A stretch of 14,285 nt of DNA from a virus. Its lineage: Duplodnaviria; Heunggongvirae; Uroviricota; Caudoviricetes. Every line of letters begins with the position of its first letter. The first letter of the stretch is position 1. The notes below the pieces were generated by a model. It was not told where the DNA came from, searched no databases, and saw only the letters and a program-made list of their open reading frames with translations. This document shows, in pieces, positions 7,308-14,285 of the stretch. Made by a program: the position numbers and the translations under genes. The stretch is taken from positions 1-14,285 of IMG/VR virus record IMGVR_UViG_2602041568_000006. The stretch is one strand, 5' to 3'.

Positions 7308-7802
7308 TTATGCTTGTTGGTCATCATTAATATCCGTTAGTTCATTCTCTAGAGGTAGATCTCCCGCACACCAAGCTATAAATTTTTCTTTGGTTGTTAA
7401 ATCGTACTTAGTTGGAACACCAGCAAAAATACAGGCCCGAATGAAAGCCGCTCGTTCAAGTGATTTCCATGGATTACTATCAGTATCTTGGATTTTTAAA
7501 TACCTAGCTTGCAACTGATCTTCAGGAAGGGTATCAGACTCAATCAGCAGTCTTTTGTAATGCCTCGCTTGCTCTTTAGACATTCCAGCCTCCTGGCCAA
7601 ACTGATAGACCAACTGAAGAACCGAAAGTACGGCAACAAACAAACCGAAAATAAATAAATTACTGTACGGGGCGAAAACTGAAAAACCGAGAACGATTAA
7701 CATCAACGTTATTAATTTATCAATGCGAGTTAACAACGTGTAATTCATCTTCTCCAATACATAAGAGTAGTGAACATAAAATTTATAATCGTCTCTGGTC
7801 AT
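7308..7802 (-). CDS. AT-rich membrane protein with an N-terminal two-helix hairpin and soluble acidic C-terminal domain; candidate superinfection-exclusion/abortive-infection moron
   Basis: 164-aa ORF with two predicted TM helices (LITLMLIVLGFSVFAPY, LFIFGLFVAVLSVLQLVYQF). AT-rich third codon positions, own orientation opposite to the flanking genes, and a downstream minus-strand terminator at 7118-7139. Overlaps the antisense plus ORF 7207-7518. Confidence 0.5.
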   Translation of the reverse strand: MTRDDYKFYVHYSYVLEKMNYTLLTRIDKLITLMLIVLGFSVFAPYSNLFIFGLFVAVLSVLQLVYQFGQEAGMSKEQARHYKRLLIESDTLPEDQLQARYLKIQDTDSNPWKSLERAAFIRACIFAGVPTKYDLTTKEKFIAWCAGDLPLENELTDINDDQQA

Positions 7803-7901
7803 ATTAGTCTCAGTTTTCCTTGGGTGGTTTTGGAGGAACTGGAGGCTTTTGTCTTAACGGCACATGCCTCTCCTCATACTTATCTACACATAGATCCATA
7901 T

Positions 7902-7958
7902 AAATCCTTATCGTTGTTGGGGAGGGTTACATAATAACCAAATCCTTGTTGTTGGGGA
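7902..7958. repeat. Direct repeat AAATCCTT(ATC)GTTGTTGGGGA, two copies about 38 bp apart, in the non-coding region upstream of the early-left genes
   Basis: Copies at 7902-7923 and 7940-7958, identical apart from a 3-nt insertion. Confidence 0.5.
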
Positions 7959-8185
7959 ATAACCAGGTCCACCTCGCCTGATGTGGCTAAAAGCAGGCAC
8001 ATAACAGCTAAGTATTTTCAACCAGAGAGAATCCTTAGCGTTGTGGTGAATGCGGCTCAGCGCACGCGGGTTAAGGTTGAGGCTGACAGTCGACCTTCTG
8101 TGGATACCCACCCGCCTGGTGTGCAACCTTCGCCAGGCACCGGGAGGCACCCGGCACCACAACTTTATGCTGTGTGTAGTCCTGG

Positions 8186-8231
8186 CGGTACCAGTTTGTA
8201 CCCTTGCTTCCGGCTGGTACCGTCCTTTTTA
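8186..8231 (+). terminator. Terminator-like hairpin (9-bp stem CGGTACCAG / CTGGTACCG, then TCCTTTTT) within the GC-rich leader upstream of the yfdP-like gene
   Basis: Perfect inverted repeat 8186-8194 / 8214-8222 with a 19-nt loop, followed by a T-run at 8225-8230. Other GC hairpins lie at 8074-8096 and 8140-8154. Confidence 0.35.
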
Positions 8232-8367
8232 CAAAACAGAGAAGAGCATCACCGGACGACGGGCTCATAACCCAATCCATCCGGGCGGCTGCCACCGCAG
8301 GTGTTCTTCTCTGTTTTGTGGAGAAACTAATCGGCCTTGCAGGGTCGATATGATGAGGAGCAGCAAA

Positions 8368-8730
8368 ATGGCTAGCGAACGCAGTACTGATGTGCAGGCA
8401 TTTATCGGGGAGCTGGACGGCGGCGTATTTGAAACCAAAATCGGCGCAGTTCTCAGTGAAGTCGCTTCCGGTGTGATGAACACGAAAACCAAAGGTAAGG
8501 TCTCACTCAACCTGGAAATCGAACCATTTGATGAGAACCGTGTGAAAATCAAACACAAACTCTCATATGTTCGCCCGACTAACCGTGGGAAAATTTCCGA
8601 AGAAGACACCACCGAAACGCCGATGTATGTCAATCGCGGTGGTCGCCTGACTATTCTGCAGGAAGACCAGGGACAATTACTGACTCTTGCCGGTGAGCCT
8701 GACGGAAAACTCCGCGCAGCAGGTCATTAA
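8368..8730 (+). CDS. yfdP: YfdP-like early-left prophage protein
   Basis: ATG at 8368 preceded by GAGGAG 7 nt upstream gives 120 aa, the length I recall for K-12 YfdP, and it is followed by the yfdQ/R/S-like genes in the same order. The upstream in-frame extension of the track ORF lies in a GC-rich structured region. Confidence 0.55.
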   Translation: MASERSTDVQAFIGELDGGVFETKIGAVLSEVASGVMNTKTKGKVSLNLEIEPFDENRVKIKHKLSYVRPTNRGKISEEDTTETPMYVNRGGRLTILQEDQGQLLTLAGEPDGKLRAAGH

Positions 8731-8795
8731 TATCGTTCTTAATTAACTGATTATTTATCTCATCACTGAATATCTTAATATAGTGAGGACTTATT

Positions 8796-9620
8796 ATGTC
8801 TCAGAACTTAGACGCAACCGCAATTAATCAAATCCATGCCCTTATTTCTGCTCAGGGTGTTAATGACATTATCAGTAAGATTGGTGCCGATGCTGTGGCA
8901 TTGCCTGAGAATTTCCGCATTCATGATCTGGAAAAATTTAATTTAAATCGCTTCCGTTTCCGTGGTGCACTTTCCACTGCCAGCATCGATGACTTTACCC
9001 GTTATTCTAAAGATCTTGCAGATGAAGGCACCCGCTGCTTTATCGATGCCGATAATATGCGAGCCGTCAGTGTGCTTAACCTGGGTACTATTGATGAACC
9101 AGGTCACGCAGATAACACCGCCACTCTCAAACTGAAAAAGACAGCACCGTTCTCTGCTCTGTTGTCTGTTAATGGCGAGCGTAACTCCCAGAAGTCACTG
9201 GCAGAATGGATTGAAGACTGGGCCGACTACCTTGTGGGCTTTGATGCTAATGGTGACGCCATTCAGGCAACCAAAGCGGCTGCGGCGATCCGTAAAATCA
9301 CAATTGAAGCGAACCAGACCGCTGATTTTGAAGACAATGACTTCAGCGGCAAACGCTCCCTGATGGAGTCTGTCGAAGCGAAGACCAAAGACATTATGCC
9401 AGTGGCATTTGAATTTAAATGCGTTCCGTTTGAAGGTCTGAAAGAACGTCCGTTTAAATTACGCCTCAGAATTATCACTGGCGATCGTCCTGTACTGGTT
9501 CTGCGCATTATTCAGCTGGAGGCGGTGCAGGAAGAAATGGCTAACGAATTTCGTGATCTGCTTGTTGAGAAATTCAAGGACAGCAAAGTAGAAACCTTTA
9601 TTGGTACTTTCACCGCCTGA
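8796..9620 (+). CDS. yfdQ: YfdQ-like protein (DUF2303-type prophage protein)
   Basis: 274-aa ORF with a GAGG SD 7 nt upstream of ATG 8796; length and position match my recollection of YfdQ in CPS-53. Confidence 0.6.
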   Translation: MSQNLDATAINQIHALISAQGVNDIISKIGADAVALPENFRIHDLEKFNLNRFRFRGALSTASIDDFTRYSKDLADEGTRCFIDADNMRAVSVLNLGTIDEPGHADNTATLKLKKTAPFSALLSVNGERNSQKSLAEWIEDWADYLVGFDANGDAIQATKAAAAIRKITIEANQTADFEDNDFSGKRSLMESVEAKTKDIMPVAFEFKCVPFEGLKERPFKLRLRIITGDRPVLVLRIIQLEAVQEEMANEFRDLLVEKFKDSKVETFIGTFTA

Positions 9621-9747
9621 TTTCATTACTGCAAATGCCCCTGCGGGGGCATTTATGGAAACGTAATTTACTCAATAATCGCCGGATGGTGAGGGATTCT
9701 TTTTACCAGAATTCAGCGCGGTGCAGCGCATATACGTGGAGAACAAA

Positions 9748-10284
9748 ATGTCATTTATCAAAACTTTTTCTGGGAAGCATTTTTATTATGACAGGATAAA
9801 TAAAGACGACATCGATATTAACGATATCGCGGTTTCCCTTTCAAATATCTGTCGCTTTGCCGGTCATCTTTCGCACTTCTACAGCGTCGCCCAACATGCG
9901 GTTCTTTGCAGCCAGCTGGTGCCGCAGGAATTTGCTTTTGAAGCGTTAATGCATGATGCAACAGAAGCGTATTGCCAGGACATTCCCGCACCACTGAAAC
10001 GCCTTCTTCCTGACTATAAACGGATGGAAGAAAAAATAGACGCCGTAATCCGTGAGAAATACGGGTTACCACCGGTTATGAGTACGCCCGTGAAATATGC
10101 CGATCTCATCATGCTGGCAACCGAACGCCGCGATCTCGGGCTTGATGATGGCTCTTTCTGGCCTGTACTGGAAGGTATCCCGGCAACAGAGATGTTCAAC
10201 GTGATTCCACTGGCACCAGGCCATGCCTACGGGATGTTTATGGAACGCTTTAACGAATTATCGGAGTTACGCAAATGCGCATGA
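9748..10284 (+). CDS. yfdR: HD-domain phosphohydrolase, YfdR-like 5'-deoxynucleotidase
   Basis: HD-domain motifs (SVAQHAV...ALMHDATEAY). ATG at 9748 with GGAG SD gives 178 aa, the length recalled for YfdR. The track start at 9721 is GTG. Confidence 0.7.
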   Translation: MSFIKTFSGKHFYYDRINKDDIDINDIAVSLSNICRFAGHLSHFYSVAQHAVLCSQLVPQEFAFEALMHDATEAYCQDIPAPLKRLLPDYKRMEEKIDAVIREKYGLPPVMSTPVKYADLIMLATERRDLGLDDGSFWPVLEGIPATEMFNVIPLAPGHAYGMFMERFNELSELRKCA

Positions 10285-10637
10285 ATGTTTTCGAAATGGA
10301 AGGATTTCTTCGCGGGAAATGTGTACCGCGAGATCTGAAAGTGAATGAAACGGATGCTGAATACCTGGTGCGTAAATTTGATGCGCTTGAAGCTAAATGT
10401 GCAGCACTGGAAAACAAAGTAATACCAGTGTCAGCTGAACTGCCGCCAGCGAATGAAAGTGTTCTGTTATTTGATGCTAATGGAGAAGGCTGGCTGATTG
10501 GCTGGCGTTCTCTCTGGTATACATGGGGGCAAAAAGAAACCGGAGAATGGCAGTGGACATTTCAGGTCGGGGACCTTGAAAACGTCAACATCACTCACTG
10601 GGCAGTAATGCCAAAAGCACCGGAGGCTGGAGCATAA
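10275..10637 (+). CDS. yfdS: YfdS-like protein
   Basis: 120-aa ORF overlapping the end of the HD-domain gene; TAATG overlap with the next gene. Length and order match my recollection of YfdS. Confidence 0.5.
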   Translation: MRMNVFEMEGFLRGKCVPRDLKVNETDAEYLVRKFDALEAKCAALENKVIPVSAELPPANESVLLFDANGEGWLIGWRSLWYTWGQKETGEWQWTFQVGDLENVNITHWAVMPKAPEAGA

Positions 10638-11446
10638 TGACCACATTTACCGATAAAGAACTGATTAAAGAAATCAAAGAACGAATCAGCAGCATGGACG
10701 TGCGAGACAATGTTGAGCGCCGTGCTTATGAAATTGCTCTGGCATCGCTGGAAGAGGATCCGGTGGCATGGCTGCATTCAGACAATGGCTTAGGTATTCC
10801 GGCAATAACCAGGAGTAAAAACATTGCTGACAGTTGGTTATCAAAGGGCTGGTATGTTCAGCCGCTATATATAGCTAAGCCAGTGCCGGTGGTGCCAGAT
10901 GCTCGTCCGTCTTTAAATAATGGCATAGTCGGTTTTGATGAAGGCTGGAACGCCTGCCGCGCTGCCATGCTCTATGGTGCCGTACCTGCAAGCCAGGCTT
11001 ACAAGTTGCCACAAACGCAGTTTAAACAGGTTGCTGACCTCTACGAAATGCAATTTGATGACGGTCGCACTTGTGCCTTTCACACTGATGCGCAAAAGGC
11101 TGTGCAATGGCTTCAGGCGTGCGACGGAAACAGGGTTCAGGAATACGTTAAGCTGGAACGATTGCAGAACGCACTGTCTGGCAACTCTCCGGTAACTCCG
11201 GATGGTTGGGTTATGGTGCCGAAGAGACTAACAGCCGAGAACGGCGCTAAGGGGGCGCTATCCGGTGAATTTTCAGAAACTACGTTTATAAGCTGCCTGG
11301 AATGCTTTGGCGATGATGATTGCGATACCTGTGACGGGAGCGGACGTATTGAAATTAAAGTGCCAGTCACGTGGTCGACCATAAAATCTATCTGGGATAA
11401 AGGTATCGAGTATTTTGCAGCAAAACCATCACAAGAGGTGAAGTGA
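10637..11446 (+). CDS. Hypothetical early-left protein with C-terminal DnaJ-type CxxCxGxG zinc-finger-like motif
   Basis: 269-aa ORF with the motif CLECFGDDDCDTCDGSG near the C-terminus. Translationally coupled at both ends. Possibly the full-length counterpart of the shorter K-12 yfdT. Confidence 0.55.
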   Translation: MTTFTDKELIKEIKERISSMDVRDNVERRAYEIALASLEEDPVAWLHSDNGLGIPAITRSKNIADSWLSKGWYVQPLYIAKPVPVVPDARPSLNNGIVGFDEGWNACRAAMLYGAVPASQAYKLPQTQFKQVADLYEMQFDDGRTCAFHTDAQKAVQWLQACDGNRVQEYVKLERLQNALSGNSPVTPDGWVMVPKRLTAENGAKGALSGEFSETTFISCLECFGDDDCDTCDGSGRIEIKVPVTWSTIKSIWDKGIEYFAAKPSQEVK

Positions 11447-12018
11447 TGAACAACTTAATGATCGACCTTGAGACGATGGGGAAAAATAAGGATGCACCGA
11501 TCGTTTCCATTGGCGCGGTGTTCTTCACTCCAGAAACCGGAGACATCGGACAAGAATTCTATACGGTTGTTAGCCTGGAAAGTGCTATGGGGCAAGGAGC
11601 TACACCTGACGGCGATACCATCCTGTGGTGGTTGAAACAAAGCCCTGAAGCACGAGCTGCAATCTGTATTGATGATACTTTGTCGATCAGCGATGCTCTC
11701 TCAGAACTAAATCATTTCATTAACCGGCACGCAGACAATACGAAATATTTAAAAGTCTGGGGTAACGGAGCCACCTTCGACAACGTAATTTTACGTGGAG
11801 CTTATGAGCGAGCAGGACAAATCTGCCCGTGGGCATACTGGAATGACCACGATGTACGCACGATCGTTACGCTTGGGCGTTCCATCGGATTCGACCCCAA
11901 AATGGACATGCCTTTCGATGGCGAACGGCACAACGCCCTGGCTGATGCCCGTCATCAGGCAAAATATGTTTCCGCTATCTGGCAGAAATTAATTCCTGCC
12001 ACCAGCACAGAATTATGA
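11446..12018 (+). CDS. DEDDh-family 3'-5' exonuclease (DnaQ-like fold)
   Basis: Exo I motif (MIDLETMG) and a C-terminal H-x4-D motif (HNALADARHQ). Start placed at ATG 11446 (AAGAGG SD 7 nt upstream), overlapping the upstream TGA; the track start at 11443 is GTG. Confidence 0.7.
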   Translation: MNNLMIDLETMGKNKDAPIVSIGAVFFTPETGDIGQEFYTVVSLESAMGQGATPDGDTILWWLKQSPEARAAICIDDTLSISDALSELNHFINRHADNTKYLKVWGNGATFDNVILRGAYERAGQICPWAYWNDHDVRTIVTLGRSIGFDPKMDMPFDGERHNALADARHQAKYVSAIWQKLIPATSTEL

Positions 12019-12054
12019 TTTTCCCGGGTGCAGCCGGTTTTGATGGAGAAAATT

Positions 12055-12336
12055 ATGAACACCTTGTTTTTACTGATGGCTGAATTCAATACCCCTAACA
12101 TTGAACTCTCAGCAGTTAGCCAAAAGTACTTTGGCATGAGTCCAGCCACGGCAGAAGCAAAAGCAAACGCTTGTAAGTTGCCCGTTCCAACATATCGCAT
12201 CGGCACATCACAAAAAGCAAAACGTTGCATCAATATTCAGGATCTTGCGGAATACATAGACAAAAGACGAGAAGAAGGACGTATCGAGTGGGAACAGGTC
12301 AGAACAAGCAAACAGAAGGGCAAAGAACATCACTAA
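12055..12336 (+). CDS. PrtN-family / excisionase-like small DNA-binding protein
   Basis: Start at ATG 12055 with a GGAG SD 6 nt upstream gives a 93-aa product (MNTLFLLMAEF...KLPVPTYRIGTSQKAKRCINIQDLAEYIDKRREEG) resembling the pyocin-activator PrtN / phage excisionase family. The track ORF begins at GTG 12028. Ends at the terminator. Confidence 0.55.
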   Translation: MNTLFLLMAEFNTPNIELSAVSQKYFGMSPATAEAKANACKLPVPTYRIGTSQKAKRCINIQDLAEYIDKRREEGRIEWEQVRTSKQKGKEHH

Positions 12337-12368
12337 ATAAAAAACCCGCCTAAAGGCGGGTTTTCAAA
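12336..12368. terminator. Bidirectional rho-independent terminator between the convergent early-left operon and the accessory cassette
   Basis: A-run 12336-12344, stem CCCGCC 12345-12350, loop TAAA, stem GGCGGG 12355-12360, then TTTT 12361-12364. The U-tract is stronger when read on the minus strand. Confidence 0.7.
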
Positions 12369-12383
12369 AAGCACCAGCTATGA

Positions 12384-12557
12384 TCATGCTGCTTTGCGAC
12401 GACGAAGCTTACCCTGCTGCTCTTTACCAGAGACAGTAGCGTGAGTGAACGCATTATGAGCAGCCTTCATCAGAACTTCAACAGCAGCACCCATACCTGC
12501 GAATGCTTTCATTGTGTCGAACTTAACCTGTGGCTTGGTTGCTTTTTGATCTTCCAT
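12384..12557 (-). CDS. Unlisted 57-aa ORF (MEDQKATKPQVKFDTMKAFAGMGAAVEVLMKAAHNAFTHATVSGKEQQGKLRRRKAA), third gene of the accessory operon
   Basis: Hand translation. ATG at 12557-12555 is preceded by AGGAG 6 nt upstream; TGA at 12386-12384 is followed directly by the terminator. Below the ORF-track length cutoff. Predicted helical with a basic C-terminal tail. Confidence 0.4.
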   Translation of the reverse strand: MEDQKATKPQVKFDTMKAFAGMGAAVEVLMKAAHNAFTHATVSGKEQQGKLRRRKAA

Positions 12558-12596
12558 AGAAAACTCCTGAAGTTATACCGAAACAATTCCTGTTGT

Positions 12597-13016
12597 TTAC
12601 TCATCATCAATAGATGATACGCAATATTTATTTTTAAATTTAAGGTTCTTTGGCGTAACTTCATCAGAGATATCAAAACCGTCCAGAATTCTATTGAATG
12701 TAGCTTCTGGCATATCATCATGAACAGAAATCTCACCCGATCGCTGCTTTCTAACCATGTTATCCACTCGCCAAATTATAGCTTCAGCGTAAACAACATA
12801 ACTTGGATGCTTGATAAAGCGATGATCACCAGAATTCAAGATGCAAGACGGATCGTGGGGGACACCATCCTTGATACTAGAAATATTAACAACTAAAACA
12901 CAATAACAATCGTTAACGGGGTAATAAACAGGATCATTACAAATCACATGAAGATGATTGCATGGCCCAGTTGGGGCAAGCACAGTTCCTTTCCTGTATG
13001 GCTGATAATCCGTCAT
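12597..13016 (-). CDS. 139-aa Cys/His-rich protein of unrecognised family, translationally coupled to the Panacea-like gene; candidate toxin/effector
   Basis: ATGA overlap with the upstream gene at 13013-13016, AT-rich codon usage, and no motif I recognise (GPCNHLHVICNDPVYYPVNDCYC...). The toxin role is inferred only from gene order (socAB-like). Confidence 0.5.
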   Translation of the reverse strand: MTDYQPYRKGTVLAPTGPCNHLHVICNDPVYYPVNDCYCVLVVNISSIKDGVPHDPSCILNSGDHRFIKHPSYVVYAEAIIWRVDNMVRKQRSGEISVHDDMPEATFNRILDGFDISDEVTPKNLKFKNKYCVSSIDDE

Positions 13017-13585
13017 GATAATTGCAAAGAAAATTCCTTAAGTTTCTGAGATTCTTCCATTTTGCCAATTATGCGATTAGCCTCATCCTCGCTTTTACCC
13101 TCACTGATCAGCATTTCTTTCAGGTCTATAGGCTTACGAGAATTGCCAGGATCGTGCCACTCTGGACAAACGCTTTCTAAATGCGTCATATTTGCGAGAT
13201 CAAATCGGTTCATATGCCCATACCGAGAATAGATTTCATCTAAAATCCGGATATCTGCACGACTCAATTCATCAAAGACCTCGTCTGCATCCATTTCCCT
13301 CGGATCTGAACGCAACGATACATTATGCCCGTTCGTCTCTATCAAGTTGTACCAGTAGTCACCAATGCCTTCAGCCTTACCGCGAATCAAGTTCAGCGTA
13401 TTCGACATGACTGGTCCAAATTTCATAGAGTAAAGGCTATCTTCGCCGATCATCCTGCCATGCTTCAAAATCGACTGGCGGTTAGACAGATAGAGCAACT
13501 TCATCAATTTCAGATATGCCATGCGCCCACCTCGCTTAAGAAGTAGGTATGCAGCCATTTGAGCTACTTTTTCTTCGCAAAACAT
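13013..13585 (-). CDS. Panacea-domain (DUF4065, SocA/GepA-like) protein; candidate antitoxin
   Basis: 190-aa ORF with GAGG SD 9 nt upstream of ATG 13585. Matches the Panacea pattern as I recall it (AAYLLLKRGG...LKLMKLLYLSNRQSILKHGRMIGEDSLYSMKFGPVMSNTL) and has the C-terminal THLESVCPEW-type motif. Confidence 0.6.
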   Translation of the reverse strand: MFCEEKVAQMAAYLLLKRGGRMAYLKLMKLLYLSNRQSILKHGRMIGEDSLYSMKFGPVMSNTLNLIRGKAEGIGDYWYNLIETNGHNVSLRSDPREMDADEVFDELSRADIRILDEIYSRYGHMNRFDLANMTHLESVCPEWHDPGNSRKPIDLKEMLISEGKSEDEANRIIGKMEESQKLKEFSLQLS

Positions 13586-14285
13586 ATAAGAAACCTCAAA
13601 GATAGTGAACTTTATAATTATTCTCGATACTTCATGGGTTGCTTCATCACCAACACGAGCTTCTTATGGTGTGCCCACTTGGGCCTAAGCAACCAGTTAC
13701 CTCGTTTGTCAAGTTTATAGCTGGCTTTAACCATGGTCAATTGAAGTGATGAGCAAATGATGCTTTCTAAGAATAACAGGTTCCCAATAGGCTCCCACAA
13801 AGTGTATAACTAGTTGTTTTTCAAAAACGGTACATCCTATCGAGCATTGGTGCAACGCTAAACCGACCACTCCAGTGAACGTCAGTTTTTTCAGGCATTG
13901 CGCTGGTTTGGTTGATTTTTTGCATTTCAGAATTACCGTGCATTTTCAAATGTAGAGATTATTTTATCGATATATCATGGGGTTATGTTATTCAGCATCA
14001 CTATTCAGGAGGCTCAATAGCGGGGTACTATACCATAACAACAGGAAGCGCCTGTCTCATTGCAAAAGAAAATTGAGATCCTCTCAAGGCATGAAGCTCT
14101 CACGAAGTGATGGAAATAATCTTATTAGCCGTTAACTTTGTTAAGGCCAATGATAAACAATCCAGGTTCGACGATAAATAAAAAATCACACATTAAACTC
14201 TGGTGATATATCTCCCTGCTAATAGCATTGATAGAGAAAAAAGGGTAATGACTCCAACTTATTGATAGTGTTTTATGTTCAGATA

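Noticed and set aside
7207-7518. 103-aa plus-strand ORF with strong SD and a signal-peptide-like N-terminus
   Set aside because: Not called as a gene because two thirds of it overlaps the membrane-protein gene antisense and that part is Ser/Arg-rich in the way antisense artefacts usually are. Kept as an open question in the findings rather than as a feature.
7983-8270. 95-aa plus-strand ORF considered as an N-like antiterminator (begins MAKSR...)
   Set aside because: It has no arginine-rich motif and no SD, is P/G-rich, and sits in a GC-rich segment where several frames are open at once. More likely non-coding structured sequence.
8040-8340. GC-rich block considered as a tRNA or CRISPR repeat
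   Set aside because: No GTTCRA T-loop signature, no cloverleaf-compatible stems, and no regularly spaced identical repeats.
13618-13800. 60-aa minus-strand ORF upstream of the Panacea-like gene
   Set aside because: No SD, sits in the presumed promoter region, and is just at the length cutoff; likely spurious.
14150-14185. GGTTCGA-like motif considered as a tRNA T-arm or tRNA-derived att site
   Set aside because: No flanking acceptor or T-stem complementarity and no CCA context; cannot be supported as a tRNA or att core without a host comparison.

Overview
This window reads as the immunity/early region of a lambdoid enterobacterial prophage, running from the nin/replication genes through the repressor switch and early-left genes to an AT-rich accessory cassette. 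On the minus strand (phage 'rightward' operon, 6239 down to 1) are a Cro-like gene, a CII/YdaT-like gene, an Rha-domain ORF with an odd N-terminal extension, a replication-initiator-like gene, a YfdN-like gene, a Dam-type N6-adenine methyltransferase, a LexA DNA-binding-domain-only protein, RusA, a KilA-N protein and a partial Cys/His-rich ORF; most are linked by ATGA/TAATG overlaps. A cI-like HTH + S24-peptidase repressor (6337-6963, +) faces Cro across an operator region with three ACTAAG-N4-CTTAGT-type sites. Early-left genes (8368-12336, +) match by length, order and motifs my recollection of the E. coli K-12 CPS-53/KpLE1 remnant genes yfdP-yfdQ-yfdR-yfdS, followed by a Zn-finger protein, a DEDDh exonuclease and a PrtN/excisionase-like protein. 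The two best candidates for an undescribed accessory system are (i) an AT-rich minus-strand operon at 12384-13585 encoding a Panacea (DUF4065)-like antitoxin, a translationally coupled 139-aa Cys/His-rich protein of unrecognised family and an unlisted 57-aa ORF, and (ii) an AT-rich 164-aa two-helix membrane protein (7308-7802) lying between the repressor and the early-left genes on the opposite strand. All identifications are from reading motifs by eye and from memory of protein families; no database search was run.
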